Assembly (NCBI GenBank): GCA_000708835.1
Contig: DF237017.1
Location: 1-33,709 of the forward strand
Source of the DNA: Klebsormidium nitens
Lineage: Eukaryota > Plantae > Klebsormidiophyceae
Reading direction: 5' to 3'
DNA length: 33,709 nucleotides
In this document: positions 1-8,600 of the stretch, in pieces
Position numbering within the stretch: position 1 is the stretch's first letter
How the letters are laid out: every line of letters starts with the position of its first letter
Notes under the pieces: model-generated
What the model was told of the DNA's origin: nothing
The model's input: only the letters and a program-made list of their open reading frames with translations
Databases searched by the model: none
Made by a program: the position numbers and the translations under genes

Positions 1-459
1 AACATCCCCCCATGAGGAAAGCCTTCCTTTCGAGAGGATTCTATCTTTCCATTTTTTTCCTACGGAGCCGTTTTGTCGGGGGGTCCTGCAGCGTAAACTG
101 CACATTTTGCCAACTTCTCTTGAGCTTCGTATTGCTCTAGCATGTTGTATCATAGCTCGAGAGGCCTACAAAGATGCCTCTCAATGCCCTCAACCACCTC
201 GAAAAAACGGAATGCAAATCCATGATGTCTACATCAAGTTTTAGGGTTTTGCCGTCTTAATACCGTACTAATCCTGAACTCGGAAGTGTCGCGACATCCA
301 ACGGGACTCGCGAAAGTCACAGACTCATAGCTTATTGCCCGATCTTTGGTTTGCATGGCCGCTACAGAAGCCCTTACTTTGACGTGAGATTGAATCCTCA
401 TCGGCGGGATTCGGGTTCGACCGTTTCGTGTGTCCACTGTCGGGGACCGGGGTGAGCGT

Positions 460-840
460 GTATACCGTAGGTACCGTACACTGGGTAAGTGGTGACTGTA
501 CAGAAACACTTACAGAACTTCAGAAGGTGAGGTACGTGTACAACTCCCGGTATCGTTGTACGGCACTTTCCCACTAGCTTGAGTACCAGGTACAGTGACC
601 GGTCTGCCCACATACCGGGTATGTTCTATGTCTACCATATACCATACCCACCTGCTAGGTACTTACTACCGGTAGGTACAGGTACCCTCTCACTAGTACT
701 AGTAGGTACCTGCGTACCGTAGGTAACATCAACAGCGCCACGTTGGGTGGGCAGGTAGGTACCGTAAGTAAGTACCTGGGTACTGGCAAGCACCGGCTAG
801 CATGGTACCTACCTGCTGCGGAGGAACCGAACCTGTACAC
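460..840. repeat. GTAC/GGTACC-rich low-complexity quasi-palindromic region
   Basis: About 19 GTAC tetramers in ~380 bp (eye count). Internal inverted repeat 655-680 / 757-780. Confidence 0.6.
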
Positions 841-861
841 GCCGGACGTGGCGTCGCTACT

Positions 862-1053
862 CCGATAACTCTCGTGTGACCGAAGAGCCGTGTGACCCAA
901 GATAGGCACCCGGGAGACGGGTGGGGTTGGTATGGTGGTTAGGGTGGTTGGGGTGCGGAGTGGGTGATTATTTGTGTTAGGGTTTTAGTTTGAAGTGCCC
1001 GGGTAACTCGTATCTCAGGTTACACGCCCGTTAGGTCACACGAGAGTTACCGG
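862..1053 (+). repeat. G-rich conserved motif, copy 1 (909-1008), inside an inverted repeat (862-905 / 1010-1053)
   Basis: Core cccgggagacgggtggggttgg...ttagggtgg...gggtgcggag...ttagggttttagttt...cccgggtaact. The arms match at 35/44 positions as reverse complements. Confidence 0.85.
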
Positions 1054-1537
1054 TATGGCGTCGCTCAGTCCCCGATACCGTATGTACGCATTTTGAACAC
1101 CATGGTCCATACCGTATTAATGTTAATGCATGCCTATTATTTACCTACTGTTACCTTAAAAAGGTATCTCTTAAAACCGTAGAGGAATGTTGTACATGTG
1201 ATGCCCCGGGCAACACACAAAACCTAGGGTAAAGTAACCGACCGACCCTAATGTCACTTGGGAAATGCCCGGTTGTCACCCGGCAGCTCCCGGCTGCTTG
1301 CGAGACCCTAATGTTAGAGGGGCCTGCTTGTCTCCCGGTTGCTTGCAATACCTGATGTCCCAGGGTACTTCTCGGGTACGCACCGCGCAGCGCGGGGTAC
1401 GACCGCGCAGAATCCGCCCACCACCCAAGTTACTGTCCTCCAATAGGTACACGAAATAGTACCTTATAGGTACGGTAGGTCACAACGCCTTATACCGGTA
1501 GGTAGGTATTGAACTTTATCGAGTCTTATGCGTGATA

Positions 1538-1727
1538 AGTCTCGAGTTTATGTTGAGTTTGGTGTTGAGTTAGATCAGTTCCCCGGGCACCAAAAAACTA
1601 AAATCCTAAACCCAAATTTACATGCTCCGCACCCGTACCCACCCTAAACCCCCAAACCAACCCCACCCGTCCCCCGGGCATGACCTAAGTAAACATAGCG
1701 CCGAATCTCTAACATAAAATCGAGACT
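1538..1727 (-). repeat. G-rich conserved motif, copy 2 (1577-1678, inverted), inside a different inverted repeat (1538-1577 / 1681-1727)
   Basis: The reverse complement of 1577-1678 aligns along its length with 909-1008. Arms agtctcgagtttatgtt... / ...aacataaaatcgagact. Confidence 0.85.
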
Positions 1728-2652
1728 ACTTTATGCGTTGTACTTGCACCAATCAGACGGGCAACCGGGTGCAACACGGGCGATAGCTACTGCACTGCTA
1801 TGTACAATCCCCGGCAGGACTCTCCATGAACCAGTATACCGGTGTGTGAATCGTACAGCGTAGTGCGCACATACTGCGCAGTGCTTTGATGAAGTTTGCG
1901 CCCCTACCGGTATACTGGGTACTACGAGCCGTAGGGTCCGAGACTTCAGCGTTCGACACGGAATTTTGATTTCGTCGGCTCCCAGGCCGACTGTTCTCCG
2001 GTCAGTCGGCTGAACCTCTGAACCGGTCAGCTTGTGTCAACCAAACACCTAAATTCTGCCTCGATTCTGTCCGCTTTTCGGCCGACGCCCCTCGATTGAG
2101 TCGGCCGGGTGGCAATTTCGTCGGCTGACGTTTGCCTGGGTGTGACGGCTCGTGTCGAACACTTGTCTGAGTAGCTAGGCAATAAAGGATAAATCTCTCA
2201 GTTTTTACGTCACAGTGCACACGATGACAATATGATTTCACAGTACGTGTATCGAGAATTAATTATTGGAAACAATTCTCCGAGCACCGCCGGAATTGTC
2301 GTCCCACGGTATCAGTAAGTACATGGTAGACTCACGTACGGTAAGCTCATTACCGCAGCTGCTATGGAGCTAACGGCCGTCACTGTTATTGGCGATACCT
2401 ACTGTGATTGACGCAGCTCTCGACATCCTACGGGCTAGGCTACGTCCCCTCCGGCAAGATTTGAACCTGCTATTACGTCACAGCTTATATTGGCAAACGA
2501 CCTTGTTTCCGACCCTGCGTTCGGTGAGCTAGGTTCAAATAGTCAGCCCGTGAGCTGATTCGGAAGCCAGGAGTTATTCCAGCAGCATTTGCAAACGCGA
2601 CGCCAGAGCGCCTCTCGCGGAACCGCTGTTGGCCTCCTCTCTCCCTTCCGGA

Positions 2653-5600
2653 ATGGCGGCCCTCCGCGTGTTCCTTCTCGCTGCCGTGTGCATCTTCGGC
2701 GCGGCTTCCGCGGAGCTCTTCGGTGCGCAGCCCGATGGCGGTCTGTACATCACTCCCGACGTGCTCAACAACTGCAAGTCTCTTCCCGGGACCGCTGCCG
2801 ATGGCTCTGGAAACGCGATGCTCCTCACGGCGACAGGCTCGGTGACGGATATCAAGGAGGAGGGTACGGACTTGGGCGATTGTTGCCCCCTTCCCTACAA
2901 GGGCACCCCTGCGGTAAGTGACTGTTCTTCTTGAGCTCACTGCAAAGTCTCCTTACTCTGGTTACTGCTGCACCTTTTACTTTCAACCGGAAGGGAGTAA
3001 TGCTGCCTCCATTTATGATGTTGACATTTTCTCTGTCTCTTTTAGAAGACTAAGGGCACATGTTGTGCACACACTACTGTCTCTTTAGCCACCTCCTCGT
3101 CTTTTCCTATAGAGGGCAATGCTGTCCAGTCTTCTCCCCCTGACTCTTACTGCCAAATTGCTGTACAATGCTCTCAGGAATGATCGAAACTTTAAAGGGT
3201 TGGTTGCCTTGTCTTTCACTTGGCTTCAGTGGCGCTGTTCTTGGATTTACAACGCAGGAAGTGTCATTTTGTGTTCGAGGTGATGGAAGTGTTCGTACCT
3301 TTTTGAGACCTGAAGATGTACGTTACTTGAACTGAATCTTGAAAGTACACACTTCATTGCGAAGTCGGTTACGAACCAAATTCAAGAGCCCCAGAGCAAA
3401 CAAGGGAGCATGGAATCCACTGCTGGGGTTGGACTGTACATGATGTGGAGAGCATGGGTGGGCCTGAAGAGGAGTGTTGAATCTTTACGATGGTGCCTGA
3501 CAGTTTGTGTGATTGAATCCAAGGTTCTAATATGAAAGGGATGAGTGCGCAGACATGGCTAATGGGAGCTCGATTGTACCTAAGGACTGTGCGTGGAGGT
3601 TTGAACCTCAGAGGGAGGCTCAAAATGTTTCTTTCTCACCCTGCCACGTGTGAACAGCCAGGCTGGTCTAGTTGTTTCATTCTCATGTGGAAGCCAAGAA
3701 AAGAACTCGGTGCTACTGTTGGGCCGCCTGAAGGACTTCTCTGAGGAACCTTGTCAGCAACATTCTGCTGGGGCTGTGGAAAGTCTTCCAGCTGTCTCAT
3801 GATCCTGCATCTCCCCAATAGGGGCTGAGTCCTTGTGCTTGAAAGTGCTCTGCCCAGCAGACTGTCCCCTTCCTTGCGGCCCTGTCCCTGTCATCCTTAA
3901 GCCTGCTTGTTGGAGAAGCATCCAAACAATCTTGTCCTCCATGAGACAAAGACAGCTTTTTCAGCTTCTGACCAAAGAAGATTCACAAGAAGAGCAGTCT
4001 AGTCACTACTTCCAGGAGTATCTTTGCTTTTTCTCCAGACTTGGCAATGCAAACCAGCACCTGTAAGAACTGCTTGCCTGAGCTGTAGCATCTGTGCCGG
4101 CCCTAAGTCCAACTTCCTCTATGAAGGTCAAACTTTCTGGTTGATTCTATATTGCTCCTCAGAAAGTATGACGCACTTGCCCTCAGATGCTGGTTGACGA
4201 TTTGCTTAGGTTAGCACATACTGGTTTCTTCCCCAATGAACAGCCATAAATGTCGTCTGCCTTTCTCGGATTAGAACCACTGTTGACACACCATTCCCAT
4301 TGGCCCCTTCGCTTGTCTTGTGGAGAGTTGATAAAGCTGATTCAAACTTGTGGCCCTCCAAGAAAACTTCTGACCAACTTTGTGCTGCCTAACTCTAGCA
4401 TTGCTTTCAAGGATCCTCCAGCTCAATGGAGGCTCCTAGACCTTTACAATGCTCTAGCTCTTCATCAAACCTGCCAAAGGTTTACTGTCACTGACCGGGC
4501 TTCCAAACTCTTGCAGAAATTCACCCCGGACTCCAGCAAGCCCCTCAACGTCCGCCGCTCATGGCTCGAGGTTCAGAACGACCCCGTCTACATGGCTAAG
4601 CTGGCCAAGGGCTTCCAAATGATGAGGGATCTGGATGGCAACTCCAAGAGCCCCAACAGTCTCAAGAACCAGGCTAGGGTAAGAACCAGTCTTCTAAGTC
4701 TTGCCAAACATGTTTTGACAGCCTGCAAACCAGAGTCTCACCAACCACAAATGGCAGATTAGAGGAAGCCAGCGCTGTGTCAAGCTCAAGCACATCTGGT
4801 TAACAGCCTTCAACCAGGTTTGGCTGGCTTTGAGCCAGAGTTGGCCGTATTGTGATCCTTCAAGTTCCTATGCTTACGAAACAAATTGGGATCGGCTGTA
4901 TATGTGATCCTTGATTTTCTACTTTAGGAAAAAGCAGCAAGAGCCAGATAGTATCTTTTCCTAACCAGATCTAGTAAGCAGATTCTTCTAGGATCTGATC
5001 TGAACAAGAGGACAAATGCTGAGCAAGAGCTGAGCAAGTCTGACGTCTGAACTTTTTGGCTTTGTCCGAAAAGTGACTGCTTTTGAAAGCTCCCTTGCTT
5101 TGCGGAACTCCTTTATTTTGCCAAACACCCTTGTTCTTAAACTAGTAATCTGCTTCTACTTTTCTGTAAAAATCGTTTTTCTCTTTCAATGTCAAAACTT
5201 GTCTGGTATTCTCAGATCCTTTGCAGCCACAAAATCCATGCCTACTTCGAACCTGCTTCGACTTTCTCTCTGAGCTCAAACTTACAATACAAATCACCAT
5301 TTACATGTCCCAGATACACAGGGAAGACAGCAGCTCGGGGAGTCCCCACTTTTTTGCATCTCAGATCGAGGTCTTTGAAAAAGAAAGAGCTCTACAAAGC
5401 AGAATTTCCAGACAAACCATTGCGGATTGGCCAAATCAGCATCTGTGACCGGTTGCTTTGTCCATTCTCTGATGCTTCCACTTGACAAAATGACCGCTAC
5501 GACTGCTGATTCGTTCTCAGCAAAGTCCACGCATTGTAACACAGCATTGCACCAAAGCTCGACCTAACTAAGAGTTGCACCGAACCAGGTTTTTTGCACT

Positions 5601-8600
5601 TGTTGCACCATTGCTGAGGCCCAAGACAGCTGAAATCGCCTGATCCAGCAAGAATGTGCAGACAGCCTCGCAAGCAGATTTTATTCAATTCGACAGTTAA
5701 CGACTTCGAAGAAAACCCTTGTTGGTCAAGTTCCCAAACCATAACAAAGCTCTCAAACGGTTCGCAGATGCACTGCACCACGGTGAAGTCCCAGCGCTAC
5801 ATCGATCACTAACCTCCTTTCACCTCATCAAATCCAGGTTTTTCATCAGAAAGAAAAGCGCATACCTTTCAGCTGTTTAACCCTCTTCTTCAATCTGTTT
5901 TCAGGTGCACTGCGTCCACTGCACGACTTCCAAGACCCAGGGCTACATCCACAACGGGTGGCACTTCCTGCCGTGGCATCGCGCCGAGATCTACTATTTC
6001 GAGCAGTCCATGCAGTACTTGCTCCAGGACCCCACCTTCGCCATGCCCTACTGGGAGTGGGACAACCCGGCCGGCAAGTTTGCTCTCCGCTCTAGTTCGG
6101 CTTTTACGATTTTCCTTTTCCTCATTCTCAGCTCTGTCTCGTCATGTTAGCTTCGAGCAGTCAATGCTCCAGGACCCCACCTTCGCCGTATTCTATGGAG
6201 TTGGATAACCGTGCCAGCAGGTTTTGTCTCGGCACTAGTTCCTTCTACGGAATTCTTCATTTTCATCTTCCGGTTCTGTCCGGTCTTCGAGCAGTCCAAA
6301 GCCAATGTTCCTCTGGAAAGTGGGCCAACTCTGATGGCAAAATTCTTCCAGCTTTAGTTGGTTTGGAAATTGTCCATTCTGGTCTTCCGCTCTATAGAAC
6401 CAAATCTGCTTTCTTGCAAAACCTGAATGACAAGGAAGCTTTGCATTTGTCTTTCTTTGCATTGCTTTATTTTTTTGACCAAAGAAGTACGCGTTTCAAC
6501 AATTCGTTGCCAAGCAACAAGTTTTCATGTCAACAACTTATCCTTCAATCAAAGAATTCGATTAGAAAGCACGAGTCATACGAGTTTTGCGTGGGGTTTT
6601 TGCTGCTTTCCTGATGATCGCGACCCAACCTGTTCCTTCGCTGAAAGATCCACGGGTCTCCATCTTGGCAGACATTCCCAACTTACCGAGCTGCACTTTC
6701 GGGACCAGCTTATTCTACGCCCTTTTTCACACTCGTGGCTTACGGCTTTTTCACACTCTTTGGCCGACGGGCTTATTCACACTCAGCCAGGCACTTGGCT
6801 GCTCCCTCAGTACCTGGACAGCAAGTCCGCCCCCGGGGACAGCAAGCGTACCCAGAACTACTTGTGGGTGACAAACCTATTCCTATTCACACTCGTTGAT
6901 GAAACGCATATTCACACTCGTTGACTGACGGGCTTATTCACACTCATTCAGGCACCTGGCTGCTCCCCCAGTACCTGGACAGCAAATCCGCCCTGTGGGA
7001 CAGCAAGCGTACCCAGAACCAGTCTGCGGGCATCTCCCTCATGAAGCGGTACAACTCCCCCGAGGAGACCTACAAGGCGATGACCGGCATCAATGACCCG
7101 TACCTCTTCCACGGTCTGAACGACCCCACCGTCGTAAGTTCTTTTCGGGGACATTTCGGTTGTGAAGAAGATGCGCAACGGTACTTTTGGTATATATATG
7201 GTCAGCTTAGAAACAAATTCAAGCGCGTGCCCTGAAAATGGTTTCGTCTGAAGGCTCGTATGAAGGCTCGTATTATATTGGACTCGGCTTTGTGTTGAGC
7301 CTGCGTGTTGCTAAATCGCGCCTGTTGCTAAGTCACCGTTTCAGAAAGACTCCGGCCGAGCGCTTTTTGGTCGTCGCTTATTCAGCTCGTCAAAGAAATC
7401 GAGCTTTTTCCTGAAGGACCCGAGTTTGACAGCTGTAGGTTCATTCGTCTCCAACGATGCTTCTGAAGATGCCCTCCTGGAAAGTTCCCTTTTTCATTGT
7501 TTCTTCGACTGTGATGGACGCTGGTGTTTGACCCAGAAGAACCCTCCGCCGAGTCTCTGTGGGGAGACGAAAGACCCCGCTCATAGCTAATCTCTTCGTT
7601 TTGACCCACTTCAATTGAACAGGCCTGAATTTCCCCTTCCCAAAGTTTAGCAGATACTTACTGCGTTCTTGCCGATCTTCGAGTCCCCCGCCCCTAGGAG
7701 CTTCGTAAACCGGGGCGCCTGGCCAATTTAAATTAACCCTCGTTGCTCGTTTTGAAGCCCCACTTAACCCTCCGTTTGTTCCCTCCGGTTTGCAGAGCAG
7801 CTACGGCAACCAGAGCACCCTGGAGGTCCTCCACGGGTGGCCCCCCAGCCTAGTTGGTGCCCCGGCGCAGATCCACCTTAAACATTCGTTAACTTCAATC
7901 AACTTTTGTGAACTCTTAACTAACCCTCCGTTTGTTCCCCCGGTTTGCAGAGCAGCTACGGCAACCAGGGCACCCTGGAGATCCTCCACGGGTGGCCCCA
8001 CAGCGCGGTCGGCGCGCAGGCGCAGTTCCAGCCCGGCCTCGACCCGGAGCTCTTCCCCGAGTCCGGCACGTGCGCCACGTGCCGCTTCCACGACATGGGC
8101 TCCTTCACCACCTCCGGCTGGGACCCCGCCTTCTGGTCTCACCACTACAACATTGTACGTAGTTTCTATCGTTCAATTTGTCCTTCTTTGTTGTTTGGTT
8201 AACTCGTCGCATTCTTTTTCAGTCGCTCCAACAGTCTTTCGAGCTCGACTTCTTTTCAATTCGCCTCAGTGGAGCTTGCGCAAACAATCTTGCACGAAGT
8301 CCGCCCGTAAAGGCTAGTTGCTCAAGCCTTCTGGTCTCACCACTACAACATTGTACGTATGTACCGCGAAATTTGCGGAATCGTCCTTTTTTGCTCGGGT
8401 TGTCGAGCTTGCGCTAAGAAATTTGCACGAAGTTTGACCTTTTTTGCACGGGTTGTCGAGCTCGCGCTAAGAGTTTTGCACTAAGTTTGACCGTGGAGGC
8501 TGATCCAAGCTTCTGCAAAATTCGTCCTTTTTTTCTCGGGTCATCAAGCTTCGGCTGGGATTCCGCCATCGGGATCACCAACTACAACATTCTACGTACC

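Noticed and set aside
239-250. TTTTAGGG as a telomere or interstitial telomeric array
   Set aside because: A single unit only, with no tandem array.
909-1678. Autonomous transposon
   Set aside because: No transposase, RT or helicase coding sequence, and no target-site duplication identified. Kept only as an unexplained repeat structure.
2914-4516. Nested gene or TE in PPO intron 1 (several 60-85 aa ORFs)
   Set aside because: No recognisable domains, codon bias or terminal repeats.
4795-4985. Possible donor echoes of PPO exon 2 (aacagccttcaaccagg; aaccagatctagtaag)
   Set aside because: The similarity is too short to distinguish from chance by eye.
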